Positions 28,292 to 38,364 of a stretch of 64,000 bases of DNA are shown one piece after another. The notes under the pieces are model-generated. The model saw only the letters and a list, made by a program, of their open reading frames with translations, ran no database searches and was not told the origin of the DNA. Each line of letters begins with the position of its first letter. The stretch's first letter is position 1. Source of the stretch: Verrucomicrobiia bacterium (GTDB lineage: Bacteria; Verrucomicrobiota; Verrucomicrobiia; Palsa-1439); NCBI GenBank assembly GCA_035501175.1, contig DATJWQ010000046.1, positions 9,701-73,700 on the forward strand, written 5' to 3'. The position numbers were made by a program, and so were the translations under genes.

Positions 28292-29742
28292 CGGGCACCT
28301 CCCGCCGACGCTCGTGTTTCCGTGACCTGAAACCGGCTGCCCATGGCCCGCTCCAGCCGCGCCAACGCGGCATTGTAGTCGAACCGGGCCGACAGCTCGG
28401 CTGTTTGGGCTCGCGTCAAATCCAGCCGGCTCTGTAGCAATTCCAATTGACTGGTCAATCCGAGCCCGAAATTGGTGGTGGCCAGGTCGAGTGATTCGGC
28501 GGCGAGTTGGACGTTGGCCGTCTGGGTTTGGATATTCTCCTCGGCTCGTTGCAGGTCGCGAAAGGCGCGGACCACATCGGTTTGGATGGTGCGACGCGTC
28601 GCATCAAGCTGAACATCTGCGGCCTCCATGCGCGCGCGTGTCTCGCGCATCCGTCCGCGTGTCGCCAGGCCATCGAAGATGTGCCAATCGACCTGCACAC
28701 CGGCCACGTAGCCGTCGTAATAATCACGCGGCAGAGTGGTATCAGGCTCGCTGACAACATCGTAACCGGTGAACAGATTTACGTGCGGCAGCACTTCACT
28801 GTGATCGACGGTGAGTTGTCTCTGTTGGACCTTGACATCGTTCTCGCGAGCGGTGAGTTCGGGCCGTTGGATCAGCGCGCGCGACAGGCAGTCATTGAGG
28901 TCGAGGGTCGATTTCTCATAGCCGAGCGCGCCGTCGAGATCGAATGGAACCTGGTCCTGATCGATGGAGTAGGGGATCGAGAGCAGTTCGCTGAGGCGGA
29001 GGTAGGAGTCGCGCAGACGATTGCGCGAGTCGACCAGAGCGGACTGCTCGAGCGCGAGGTTGACCTCGGCCCGGAGCACGTTGAGTTTTTGGCCGGTGCC
29101 GACGTCGAGTTTCGCCCGTTCATTCCGCGCCTGTTCGGCGAGAAAATTCACAGCCTGGTCGTGGACGGCGACATCGGCCTCGTTTCGCAAGATATCGTAG
29201 AATGCAACGCGGACGTCCTGGATTACCTGGTCGACCACCGCCTCGAAATCGAAGGTGCGCGATTGTTTCTGGAGCCGGGCGATGGCCATGCGCGCGCCCA
29301 CTGCGCCTCCTGAATAGATGGTCTCGGTCAGACGGATGTTGACGTTCCAGATATACGTTCGATTGCTGGTCGTGCCCCCCAACGTGGCGTAGTCGGTCTC
29401 GAGCTTCTCGTAGCTGGCATAACTCGTGAGACTCGGCAGAAACCCCGCGCGGGCCTCGACGATCGCTCCCGCCGCCTCTTCGAGGTGCTGTTTGGAAAGC
29501 AGAATGTCGGGATTTTGCGCGAGGGCGCGGTCGATGCATTGCTGAAGCGTGTACCGCGGGAATTGCGGCGGCGTATTGGAGGCGATGTTGCCATCTGCCC
29601 GCGCCCATCGCACGCACCCCAACACCATCAACCAACAGTAGGTTATTCGTCGCAGCAACAAGGCGGCAGAAGTTTTAATGACAAACCGCGTCTTTGCCAA
29701 CGACTTTCGCTGAGGGGGCGTTCTCTTGCAGCGGATAGTCAA
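28288..29742 (-). CDS. TolC-family outer membrane efflux protein (second tandem paralog)
   Basis: OMF-like sequence (YTLQQCIDRALAQNPDIL...). The annotated start is a TTG; the true start may be an internal TTG or GTG near 29700. Overlaps the first TolC gene by 4 bp. Confidence 0.7.
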   Translation of the reverse strand: MTIRCKRTPPQRKSLAKTRFVIKTSAALLLRRITYCWLMVLGCVRWARADGNIASNTPPQFPRYTLQQCIDRALAQNPDILLSKQHLEEAAGAIVEARAGFLPSLTSYASYEKLETDYATLGGTTSNRTYIWNVNIRLTETIYSGGAVGARMAIARLQKQSRTFDFEAVVDQVIQDVRVAFYDILRNEADVAVHDQAVNFLAEQARNERAKLDVGTGQKLNVLRAEVNLALEQSALVDSRNRLRDSYLRLSELLSIPYSIDQDQVPFDLDGALGYEKSTLDLNDCLSRALIQRPELTARENDVKVQQRQLTVDHSEVLPHVNLFTGYDVVSEPDTTLPRDYYDGYVAGVQVDWHIFDGLATRGRMRETRARMEAADVQLDATRRTIQTDVVRAFRDLQRAEENIQTQTANVQLAAESLDLATTNFGLGLTSQLELLQSRLDLTRAQTAELSARFDYNAALARLERAMGSRFQVTETRASAGGAR

Positions 29743-30376
29743 TTTGGGATGCGACAGCGCGGCGGATCGCCGAGGTCAGTTCCTCGACACTGGAAAAGCT
29801 GCGGGGGTCGAGTGGCGGATGAAAATGGACCTCCACGCGGCCCGAGAGTCTATCTGGTCTTGGGATGTTTTTGAACAATGGCTGAACGCCGCGGAGGCTG
29901 CACGGTACGATCAACGCGCCGGTCTCCATTGCCGCCCAGGCTGCACCGGGCTGGAAGGGCCCGAGCGCATCGAGACGTTTGCCTTCACAGGCGATGATCA
30001 CACTACGGCCCTCGCGCAGATGAATCATGATTTGCCAGAGAGCCTGCGAGCGGGCCGCGCGCTGGCTGGTCCGTCCGATGGTCACCACACGCCAGGCACG
30101 GAGCCACGAGCCGATGAGTGGATACTCCATCGTTCCCTGCCACGTGACGGGCACGGGGATTTCACCAAGTACGCGTCGGCCTACGGCGAGCATGAAGAAA
30201 AGATCGTAGTGTGATCCGTGATTGTAACAGAACACAAGCGGACGGCCGTGGGGGAGCGATTCGATTCCGCGCAGCCGCAGCCTGAACAGGCCGCGCAAGA
30301 CCAGCTCGTATCCGCTCTCAAACAGTCGGGAGCGAATCAGGCCGTACCACCACGGCTCTTTTGGAGCAACGCCCAT
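29675..30376 (-). CDS. 1-acyl-sn-glycerol-3-phosphate acyltransferase family protein (PlsC-like)
   Basis: HX4D acyltransferase motif YNHGSHYDLF, then the IIACEGKR and PGAAWAAMETGALIVPC blocks. Start chosen at the internal Met; the long upstream extension of the ORF looks non-coding. Confidence 0.7.
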   Translation of the reverse strand: MGVAPKEPWWYGLIRSRLFESGYELVLRGLFRLRLRGIESLPHGRPLVFCYNHGSHYDLFFMLAVGRRVLGEIPVPVTWQGTMEYPLIGSWLRAWRVVTIGRTSQRAARSQALWQIMIHLREGRSVIIACEGKRLDALGPFQPGAAWAAMETGALIVPCSLRGVQPLFKNIPRPDRLSGRVEVHFHPPLDPRSFSSVEELTSAIRRAVASQIDYPLQENAPSAKVVGKDAVCH

Positions 30377-30408
30377 GAGACGTTTGTGGGGCAGCGACGG
30401 ACGGGTTG

Positions 30409-30756
30409 TCACGCACGAAATATGAAGTACACCGCGCCGACGAGGCACAGCCCGGCCCAGACGAAATCGAGTTTGATCGGCTGGCGCATGTAGAGGATGG
30501 CAAACGGGACAAACACGGACAGCGTGACCACCTCCTGAATGATTTTCAACTGTGACAGAGTCAGGGCGGTGTAACCGATGCGGTTTGCCGGTACCTGAAA
30601 CATGTACTCGAAGAAGGCGATTCCCCAACTCAACGCGGCGGCGATGTACCATTTCTTGTCGTGCCAGTTGCGCAGATGCGCGTACCAGGCGAACGTCATG
30701 AACGTGTTCGAGCAGATCAACAGGAGGACAGTTTTCGATACGATGGCACTTTTCAT
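30409..30756 (-). CDS. small DMT-superfamily membrane protein (DUF486-like)
   Basis: About 115 aa with four predicted TM helices; WYAHLRNW resembles DUF486/EamA-like small transporters. Confidence 0.45.
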   Translation of the reverse strand: MKSAIVSKTVLLLICSNTFMTFAWYAHLRNWHDKKWYIAAALSWGIAFFEYMFQVPANRIGYTALTLSQLKIIQEVVTLSVFVPFAILYMRQPIKLDFVWAGLCLVGAVYFIFRA

Positions 30757-30924
30757 CCGACGAACATAACAAACAAACGGGGCGTCGGCAAAATGTGGAT
30801 GGGGCGCGGGCGGCTTGACTGGGGAATCCGGTTCCACTAGCCTCGCCGAGGTCAAATCAACAGAAGTCTATCAACCTTGTTTTCAAGAAATTCCAAGCCC
30901 ATCATCGACCGCTGCGAATCCGAC

Positions 30925-32082
30925 ATGAATACGCGGCTGCGGCTGAAGTATGCGCCGTATTATCGGGTGGTGGATTCGGCGGACGGGGTCAGCATCGTGG
31001 TCGAGGGCCGGCCGATGGTGATGATGTCGACGAACGAGTATCTGGGATTCGCGCGGCATCCGAAGGTGATCGCGGCCGCGAAGCGGGCGCTGGACGAATG
31101 GGGTGCGAGCGCCTGTGGGTCGCGACTGGCCAACGGCAGCCGGGCGTACCATGTCGAGTTGGAGGAGGCGCTGGCGGATTTCCTCGGCAAGGAAGCGTGC
31201 CACGTTACCTCGGCGGGTTATCTGGCGTGCGTGTGCAGTCTGAGTTCGCTCGTTCAGCGGGGCGACGCGCTTCTCGTCGATCCGAGCATCCATTCTTCGC
31301 TGTGGGATGGCGCGTTGCTCAGCGGCGCGAAGATCGAGCGATTCGCGCATGAAGACATGGATTCGCTGGCGAAGGCGCTTGAACATCTCGACCCAAAACA
31401 GGCGAAAGCGATCGCGGTGGATGGCGTGTATTCGATGGAAGGGCACGTCGCGTCGTTGCCGCGATTGTGTGAGTTGGCGGAGCAATATCACGCAGCGCTG
31501 GTGGTGGATGACGCGCACGGGTTTGGGATTCTTGGCCGCGACGGACGCGGCGTGTGTGATCATCTGGGGGTGACGGACCGCGTGGACCTGATCGCCGGAA
31601 GTTTTTCCAAATCGCTCGCGAGCACGGGTGGATTTGTTGCGGGGAGCAAAGCGCTGATCGAATATCTGCGCAGCAGCTCGCGCCAGATCATCTTCAGCGC
31701 AGCGATCAGTCCGTCGGCGTCGGCCAGCGCACTCGCCGCACTGCGCGTGATGAAGGAGGAACCGGAACATCGGGAGCGGCTGTGGGAGAACTACCGGTAT
31801 TTGCGCGGGATTCTGGAGGCGCTGGGGCTCGATTACTGGCAAAGCCCGACGCCGGCGTTGCCCATTGTCGTGGGGGAGAAGGAGAAGTGCTACTGGATGT
31901 GGAAGACGCTCTGGGACCAGGGATTCTTCACGGTCATGTCCATCGCTCCCGGCGTGCCGCCCGGTAAAGATCTGATCCGTTGTGCCGTCACATCGCTCCA
32001 CACAAGGGAACAACTGGATCGTTTTGGCGAGGCCCTAAAACTGGCGATGAAGAAAGCGGATCTAAGGCCGAAGGGTGCCTAG
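30925..32082 (+). CDS. PLP-dependent alpha-oxoamine synthase family enzyme (serine palmitoyltransferase / 8-amino-7-oxononanoate synthase / KBL-like)
   Basis: Aminotransferase class I/II fold with the PLP-lysine block SFSKSLASTGGF, then DDAHGFGILG and the YLGFARHP N-terminal region, as in the BioF/SPT family. Confidence 0.8.
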   Translation: MNTRLRLKYAPYYRVVDSADGVSIVVEGRPMVMMSTNEYLGFARHPKVIAAAKRALDEWGASACGSRLANGSRAYHVELEEALADFLGKEACHVTSAGYLACVCSLSSLVQRGDALLVDPSIHSSLWDGALLSGAKIERFAHEDMDSLAKALEHLDPKQAKAIAVDGVYSMEGHVASLPRLCELAEQYHAALVVDDAHGFGILGRDGRGVCDHLGVTDRVDLIAGSFSKSLASTGGFVAGSKALIEYLRSSSRQIIFSAAISPSASASALAALRVMKEEPEHRERLWENYRYLRGILEALGLDYWQSPTPALPIVVGEKEKCYWMWKTLWDQGFFTVMSIAPGVPPGKDLIRCAVTSLHTREQLDRFGEALKLAMKKADLRPKGA

Positions 32083-32535
32083 ACTGGAAAGATCCGACTC
32101 GTGGAAGGGCTCGAATTCCCGGCTTGGTTGCCGGCAGTGCGTTTTGCGCACTGCCGGCCGCCGGCTCGCCATTCACCTGCGACCACTCGAAACGGATAGC
32201 GCGCTTGCTCCGTCGGCGACGGGCACGCTGGAAATAGGAGTTGGGGCAACGGTAACGGGGTGAAGTGTGCCACTGCCCCACGATACTGGATAATCATACG
32301 CCCAGCGGCTCGTGCGTCGGGATGGCCGATGGGTCCACCGCCCGTGTCGGCGTCGAGTTGTGCCGAGTGCATTTGCCGAACGGGATCGGGGGACAACAAG
32401 AGAGGCGGACGCCCGGCATGGAGGGAGGGTAGACCGGGCGTCACTGAGGGAAAGACGCAGAAATCGACGGCCGAGTTCTATCGGCGTAGCGTTTGTCATC
32501 ACGCCGACTACTTAAGCACGCTGGGTTCCGTCGAG

Positions 32536-33429
32536 CTACGCCCGGTTTGGCGAATCCTTTGCCTGGATTGACCGGGTCTGGCGGGCCCGAAATTCGGATG
32601 GCGAGCAACCGACGTGTCGGCGGAAGGCGCGATTGAAATAGGGGATGGAATCGAACCCGGCTTCGTAGGCTGCTTCGCTAATGCGACGGGTGGGGTCCAA
32701 CAGCAAGCGTTTTGCCGTTTCGACGCGCACCTGTGTCCGGTACGCCGTAAAGGTCAATCCCGTCTGCTTGCGAAACAGTTTGCAGAAGTAACACGGGCTG
32801 ATGTGCAGGCGCTCGGCCAGCTCTCGGACGGTCAGCGCCTGGTCGGAGGGAGAGGCCATTTGGGCCTCGATTTTTTGCAGGAGTGGTGACTGTTGACCGG
32901 CCTCCTGGAGCAACAATCGTTGGCCGCACTCGGCCAGGTACTGCGCGAACATCTCGAGCAACGTCGCCACCGCGTGCAGTCTCTCGCGCGTGATCGTCGG
33001 GCTGCTGTCCCAACTCGTTTTCGCGGCCTTCGCCTGCGAGCCGAGTCCGCTGGCCTTTAGTTGGTTCATCAACTGGCGGCGCCCGGAGCTTTTCGCTGGA
33101 GCGATGCGAAACGGCCCGGCCAACAGGCTGCCGACGTGCCGACCGTTGATCGTCACCGGCATCAGCACTTTCGTCAGCCCGATCGGGCACTTGAATTGAT
33201 TGGCCACGCCCGAACAGGAAGCGGTGTGCTCGGCGGACAGAAGGGAGCGCTGACAGAACCGGCTTCCATTCGGACCCACGCATCCGTCCACGCAAAATGC
33301 AGGTGGCACGTGCGACTTCGAGTCCTGGGTTGCGGGCAGCAACGTCACGGGCAGCCCGGTCGCGTAGCCGAATGCGAGCTGTTGTCGGCGCACGGCGTCG
33401 GACTCAGTGAGTTTCTGCCAGATATCCAT
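32536..33429 (-). CDS. AraC-family transcriptional regulator with an N-terminal PocR-like sensory domain
   Basis: C-terminal double helix-turn-helix (LTVRELAERLHISPCYFCKLFRK...YFNRAFRRHVGCSPSEFR). N-terminal Cys-rich PocR-like region. Confidence 0.7.
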   Translation of the reverse strand: MDIWQKLTESDAVRRQQLAFGYATGLPVTLLPATQDSKSHVPPAFCVDGCVGPNGSRFCQRSLLSAEHTASCSGVANQFKCPIGLTKVLMPVTINGRHVGSLLAGPFRIAPAKSSGRRQLMNQLKASGLGSQAKAAKTSWDSSPTITRERLHAVATLLEMFAQYLAECGQRLLLQEAGQQSPLLQKIEAQMASPSDQALTVRELAERLHISPCYFCKLFRKQTGLTFTAYRTQVRVETAKRLLLDPTRRISEAAYEAGFDSIPYFNRAFRRHVGCSPSEFRARQTRSIQAKDSPNRA

Positions 33430-33659
33430 TGATGATTCTGCTGCCTGTAGCCCGGTTGTAGTCGACACGTATTCCCTAGGGCAAAAACGCCCCGAGGATT
33501 CAGCAGTGGGGGTGCCACATCGTATATAACCTTCGCAACGGGTTGCGCTTCAAGAGGAAGCAGAGCACGCTGTGGCGGTGCTGCGGGATTCTGCTTCTGA
33601 CGTTTTGGCGGAATGGCAAACCTCATCTCGACAAGTTGTCGGCGAGGGTGCAGCGCTGT

Positions 33660-34157
33660 CTACCGGGTAGCGGGGGCACTAACGGACGGTTTTGGTCGCG
33701 AAACGGCGCCAAACAGACCGAGCTTTCGCGGTTCGAGATCGCGCTGATCGATGAGGACCAGCTCGCGGGTTCGAAGGTCGAAGCGCCACTCCTGGTGAAC
33801 ACTTTTCACAAAGCCACCTGTACGAAAGGCAGGCAGGTGGCGCACGATGGAGAATTCGACGCCGACGGGCGTCTTCTTCCAATTCGTGCCGCGCTCCTCG
33901 ATTTTTGCCTGCGCGAGTTTCTGCGGCATACCGCCCGCGGGAAAGAGGCCTTCGACGTGGCGGCTGAACAGGTTTTTGAATTGAGGGGTTGGTTCAGTTG
34001 CGGTGATCCATCGGGAGTAGGCGTTGAGGAAGACTTGTTCCAGCGCCGGGAAGTAGTGTTCGCCGCAATAGAACTTTCCCTGCACTTCCCAATCGAGACC
34101 GGCCCACCGCGCGCACTCGGGCCATTCACAATGCCTGTCACTCACGATCACCTCCAT
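33660..34157 (-). CDS. hypothetical protein
   Basis: ORF with a plausible Met start (MEVIVSDRHCEWPECARWAGLDWE...). No recognisable motif; a competing plus-strand ORF 33543-34181 looks less protein-like. Confidence 0.35.
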   Translation of the reverse strand: MEVIVSDRHCEWPECARWAGLDWEVQGKFYCGEHYFPALEQVFLNAYSRWITATEPTPQFKNLFSRHVEGLFPAGGMPQKLAQAKIEERGTNWKKTPVGVEFSIVRHLPAFRTGGFVKSVHQEWRFDLRTRELVLIDQRDLEPRKLGLFGAVSRPKPSVSAPATR

Positions 34158-34285
34158 GATTTGACGCGGTTGGGAGAATAAACCCCGAGATCGCGCGGTG
34201 CAACGGGAATGTGCCCGGACCCGACCGCGACTCGCGCGCGCAGGAAACACTGGCGGGGCGTTGCGGCCTCCGCTAGACTTGTGGT

Positions 34286-36496
34286 TTGTTGAAACCGCGT
34301 CACTTCATCCCCCTGCTGCTGATTGCCGTTGGAATCTGCGCGTACCACGATAGTTTTCGCGTGCCGTTTCTCTTTGATGATCAGTTGTCAATTGAAGAGA
34401 ACCAGAGCATTCGGCATTTATGGGCGATTGGGAAGGTGCTGTCGCCATCACCCACCTCGTTGGTTGGAGGACGCCCGGTCGTCAATCTTTCGCTGGCGGT
34501 GAACTATGCGCTGGGGAGGGGCGACGTGCGCGGGTATCACGTCTTCAATCTGGCGGTGCATCTCCTAGCAGGCCTGACGCTGTATGGGATCGTGCGTCGG
34601 ACGCTGTTGCAGCCGGGATTGCGAGAACGATTTGGCCCGGTGGCGGAGCGCCTCGCATTGGCAGTGGCGCTGTTCTGGGTGGTCCATCCGTTGCAGACCG
34701 AAGCGGTGACGTACATCTCCCAGCGATGTGAATCGTTAATGGGTTTGTTTTACCTCCTGACGTTGTACGCGTTCATTCGGGGCGTGGAGTCCGCGAGGTC
34801 CGCCGGGTGGTTCGGCCTGTCGGTGGCCGCGTGTTTCCTCGGCATGGCGAGCAAGGAAGTGATGGTGACGGCTCCCGTGATGACGCTGTTGTATGATCGG
34901 ACGTTTGTCAGTTGCAGTTTCCGGGAGGCGTGGGCTCGACGTCGTCGGCTGTACCTGGCGCTGGCTGGCAGTTGGCTGTTCCTGAGCTGGTTGATGGTAG
35001 GGTTGAGCAACCGGAAGGTCGGTTACGGTCTGGGGTGCACATGGTGGGAGTATGCGCTGACGGAATGTCGGGTGGTGGTGCAGTATCTCGGGTTGGCCAT
35101 CTGGCCGCATCCATTGGTTTTTGATTACGGACTTTATATACCAAACGAGCGCCTGGTCGCCGCGCTTCCGTATGCACTGGTTCTGGCGATTCTGGTTGTG
35201 GGCGTTTTGTTAGCGCTGCGGGCGCGGCCAGCGGTCGGGTTTATTGGTGCATGTTTCTTCGTAGTGCTGGCACCGACCTCGAGCGTCGTGCCGATTGTAG
35301 GGTCGCCGATGGCGGAGCATCGGATGTATCTACCCCTGGTATCCGTGGTGGCGCTTGAGGTGGTGGGCGCCTATGCGCTTGGGAAACGAGTACTCAGCAA
35401 GGCGCAGGGTATCGCCCTCGCGTCCGTCGCGGGCGGGGCCGTCACGGTGGCACTGACGTTGGTGACGATCCAACGGAATCAGGATTACCGGTCAGCGCTG
35501 GCGATCTGGCAGGATACGGTGGAGAAGCGGCCCGACAATCCTCGGGCGCAAAGCAATCTTGGAGTCTTGCTGGCCGACGCGGGCGACACGCGGGCAGCCA
35601 TCCGCCACTGCAAGCGGGCGGTGGAGATTTATCCCGATTACGCCGTTGCCCACAACAACCTCGGAGTCGTGCTCGCTCGCGAAGGCAGGACAGAGGAAGC
35701 CATCCGCCACTACGAGCGGGCGGTGGAGATCGATCCCCATTACGCTGACGCGCACAACAATTTCGGCAACGCCCTGGCCCGCGAAGGCAAACTGCGGGAG
35801 GCGATCGAGCACCTGGAGGAAGCGTTGCGGCTACAGCCCGATGACGCGAGCACGCATGACAATTTTGGCGATGCTTTACTCCGGGCAGGCAGAGTGTCCG
35901 AAGCCGTCGCGCAATTCGAACGGGCGTTGCAGCTCAAGCCCGATTTTGCCGAGGCGCACTACAATCTGGGAATCGCGCTGCAGAAGGCGGGGGATGTGCC
36001 CGGGGCGATTGGGCATTACGAACAGGCGTTGCGGATCAAACCCGACTACGCCGAGGCGCATGACAACATCGGGCTGCTTCTTGCCCGGGTGGGGCGAATG
36101 GACGAAGCGGTCCAACATTTGGAGCGGGCGTTGCAACTCAAGCCAGACGACGCTGCCCTGCGCAGTAATTTGGGGAACATCCTCGCGCGCGCGGGGCGGA
36201 TGCCGCAGGCGATCGAGCAGTACAAGGAAGCGTTGCGGATCAAGCCGAACGATGCCGGCGTGCACAACAATCTCGGGAATGCGCTGCTCCAGACGGGCAA
36301 CGCATCGGGTGCGGTGGCGGAATTCGAGCAGGCGCTCCACCTCAAGCCTGATTTTGCCGAGGCGCATTACAACCTGGGCGTGGCGTTGGAGAAGCTCGGG
36401 CGCGCGTCGGAGGCCAAACAGCACTACCAGGAGGCGCTGCGCATGAAACCCGATTTCGCTCCGGCTCGGGAGGCTCTGGCGCGAGCCCGGCAATGA
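34286..36496 (+). CDS. TMTC-like protein: N-terminal polytopic membrane domain (PMT_2/GT-C-like) plus C-terminal array of about ten TPR repeats
   Basis: Apparent TTG start. N-terminus LLLIAVGICAYHDSFRVPFLFDDQLSIEEN and about ten TM helices, then tandem 34-aa TPR units (AHNNLGVVLAREGRTEEAIRHYERAVEIDP...). Confidence 0.75.
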   Translation: MLKPRHFIPLLLIAVGICAYHDSFRVPFLFDDQLSIEENQSIRHLWAIGKVLSPSPTSLVGGRPVVNLSLAVNYALGRGDVRGYHVFNLAVHLLAGLTLYGIVRRTLLQPGLRERFGPVAERLALAVALFWVVHPLQTEAVTYISQRCESLMGLFYLLTLYAFIRGVESARSAGWFGLSVAACFLGMASKEVMVTAPVMTLLYDRTFVSCSFREAWARRRRLYLALAGSWLFLSWLMVGLSNRKVGYGLGCTWWEYALTECRVVVQYLGLAIWPHPLVFDYGLYIPNERLVAALPYALVLAILVVGVLLALRARPAVGFIGACFFVVLAPTSSVVPIVGSPMAEHRMYLPLVSVVALEVVGAYALGKRVLSKAQGIALASVAGGAVTVALTLVTIQRNQDYRSALAIWQDTVEKRPDNPRAQSNLGVLLADAGDTRAAIRHCKRAVEIYPDYAVAHNNLGVVLAREGRTEEAIRHYERAVEIDPHYADAHNNFGNALAREGKLREAIEHLEEALRLQPDDASTHDNFGDALLRAGRVSEAVAQFERALQLKPDFAEAHYNLGIALQKAGDVPGAIGHYEQALRIKPDYAEAHDNIGLLLARVGRMDEAVQHLERALQLKPDDAALRSNLGNILARAGRMPQAIEQYKEALRIKPNDAGVHNNLGNALLQTGNASGAVAEFEQALHLKPDFAEAHYNLGVALEKLGRASEAKQHYQEALRMKPDFAPAREALARARQ

Positions 36497-36572
36497 ACCG
36501 CAGGCGGTGTCGGGCTGCGCGTTTGCCAGCTTGGAATTGACCGCGAGAGAGGTTGATAGTAGAGACCTGCCG

Positions 36573-37385
36573 ATGAAACCGAGCAATTGGGGGAAGACTT
36601 GCGCCAGGCTGGCCGCACGCATCCGCGAGCGGCGTCCGCTCATCCATCACATCACGAATTTCGTCGTGATGAACGACACCGCCAATGCCACGCTGGCGCT
36701 CGGCGCGACGCCGGTGATGGCGCACGCGCGCGAGGAGGTCGTCGAGATGGTCGGCATGGCGGGCGCGCTGGTCTTAAATCCCGGCACGCTGACGCCGGAG
36801 TGGGTGGAGTCGATGCTGGCAGCCGGGCGGCGGGCGAACGAGCTGGGTGTGCCGGTGATTTATGATCCGGTCGGGGCGGGGGCGACGACGTTGCGAACCA
36901 AGACGGGCGCGCGGTTTCTGAAATCGCTCCGGCTTGCCGTGGTGCGGGGCAATTCGGGAGAAATCGGCGCGCTGGCCGGTGCGGGCGGCGTGGTACGGGG
37001 CGTGGACTCGGTGAAAGGCGTCAACAACGCGGTCAAGGTTGCCCGGAAGTTCGCGCAACGTCAGCGGACCGTGGTGGCGATCACTGGCAAACGCGACATT
37101 GTTTCCGACGGCCGGCGCGTGCTCGGCGTCGACAACGGCCACGCATTGCTCCAGACGATTACGGGAAGTGGCTGCATGGCGACGACGGCGGTCGCGGCGT
37201 TTTGTGCGGTCGAACCGGATCATCTCGTGGCCACGGCGGCGGCGCTGGCGTGTTATGGACTGGCGGCGGAGCGCGCGGCACGGCGCGCGAAAGCGCCCGG
37301 CTCGTTCCGGGTCGCATTGCTCGACACCCTGTTCGAGTTGACCCCGGCCCAAATCAAAACGGGTGTGAAGATCGTCGAGTTGTAG
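36573..37385 (+). CDS. thiM: hydroxyethylthiazole kinase
   Basis: Close match to ThiM across its length: HHITNFVVMNDTANATLALGATPVMA, VLNPGTL, VIYDPVGAGAT, VVRGNSGEI and TGSGCMATTAVAAFCAV. Confidence 0.8.
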   Translation: MKPSNWGKTCARLAARIRERRPLIHHITNFVVMNDTANATLALGATPVMAHAREEVVEMVGMAGALVLNPGTLTPEWVESMLAAGRRANELGVPVIYDPVGAGATTLRTKTGARFLKSLRLAVVRGNSGEIGALAGAGGVVRGVDSVKGVNNAVKVARKFAQRQRTVVAITGKRDIVSDGRRVLGVDNGHALLQTITGSGCMATTAVAAFCAVEPDHLVATAAALACYGLAAERAARRAKAPGSFRVALLDTLFELTPAQIKTGVKIVEL

Positions 37386-37412
37386 GAGGATTGCGTCGGT
37401 ATCGAAACGGCC

Positions 37413-38354
37413 TTGCCCTTTTGTGTGGCAAGGATGATTCTTCTCCTCGTGGCAATTCCCGAGACAACTTCTGCGGAGGCATTGGAAACCTATCTTGGCG
37501 GAAAATGCCTCGTGGCCGGTCGCGGGAAGGCGTGGCGCGACATCAAGGCTTGGATCGTCTCCCTGCCGCCCAACGTCAATACCTTGCCGCTGCCCTCGGT
37601 CAGTGAGCCGTTCCTCGCATGGACCCTCTCGGGCGAGGTCGAGTTTCAGGAACGGGAGGGCAAGCGGCCGTGGATCACGCATCGGATCAGGAAGGGATCT
37701 TTGTTTCTCACCTCCGGAGGCGCACCCTACGAGTGCCGGTGGAAAGCGGTCACCTCCGAGCCGTTCGAAAGCATGGCGGTATTCATCGAGCTGCCGTTGC
37801 TGGAGCGCGACTTGGAAGAGGTTTTTGGGGCCGATGCGTCTCATGTCCGGCTGCGGGATATCTCCGCGTTCACGGACGCGGTATTGAATTCGTTGATGGA
37901 ACGGGTGCGTGAGGAGCTGACGCGACGGAAGGCAAGTCCACTGCTTTTACAGGGCATTGCCCAGGCGGTCGCCATCCATCTGGCGCGAAACTATGCCGAA
38001 ATGGACAAGGCGTCGTCCAGGGGCAGTCCGTCGCTGCCGGGGTACAAGCTTCGACAGATCACGGACTGGATGGCGGAGCATGTCGCCGAAGAGTTCAACC
38101 TCGATCAACTGGCGGCACAGGTGGGGTTGAGCAAGTTTCACTTCGATCGCCTGTTCAAAAGCGCCATAGGCGTGTCACCGTCGCGGTACTACATTAATTT
38201 GCGGCTGGATGCCGCGCGGCGATTGCTGCGCGAGACCAAGAAGAGCGTCGTGACCGTTGCGCTCGATGTTGGCTACACGAATCCCAGCCATTTCGCACAA
38301 CTGTTCCGCCGGGAAACGGGTCTTTCCCCGAGCGATTACCGCCGGCAGCGATAA
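37413..38354 (+). CDS. AraC-family transcriptional regulator (cupin-like N-terminal domain plus helix-turn-helix)
   Basis: C-terminal AraC helix-turn-helix (LDQLAAQVGLSKFHFDRLFK...GYTNPSHFAQLFRRETGLSPSDYR). Confidence 0.75.
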   Translation: MPFCVARMILLLVAIPETTSAEALETYLGGKCLVAGRGKAWRDIKAWIVSLPPNVNTLPLPSVSEPFLAWTLSGEVEFQEREGKRPWITHRIRKGSLFLTSGGAPYECRWKAVTSEPFESMAVFIELPLLERDLEEVFGADASHVRLRDISAFTDAVLNSLMERVREELTRRKASPLLLQGIAQAVAIHLARNYAEMDKASSRGSPSLPGYKLRQITDWMAEHVAEEFNLDQLAAQVGLSKFHFDRLFKSAIGVSPSRYYINLRLDAARRLLRETKKSVVTVALDVGYTNPSHFAQLFRRETGLSPSDYRRQR

Positions 38355-38364
38355 AGGTAGAATT

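Noticed and set aside
26738-29313. Plus-strand ORFs 26738-27949 and 28507-29313 opposite the two TolC genes
   Set aside because: Antisense shadows; the TolC reading frames carry signal peptides and OMF repeats.
30883-32013. 376-aa minus-strand ORF opposite the alpha-oxoamine synthase gene
   Set aside because: Arg/His-rich antisense frame; the plus-strand gene has the PLP-lysine motif.
35876-37844. Minus-strand ORFs 35876-36643 and 36774-37844 opposite the TPR and ThiM genes
   Set aside because: Antisense of TPR repeats (which are themselves repetitive) and of thiM; no independent support.
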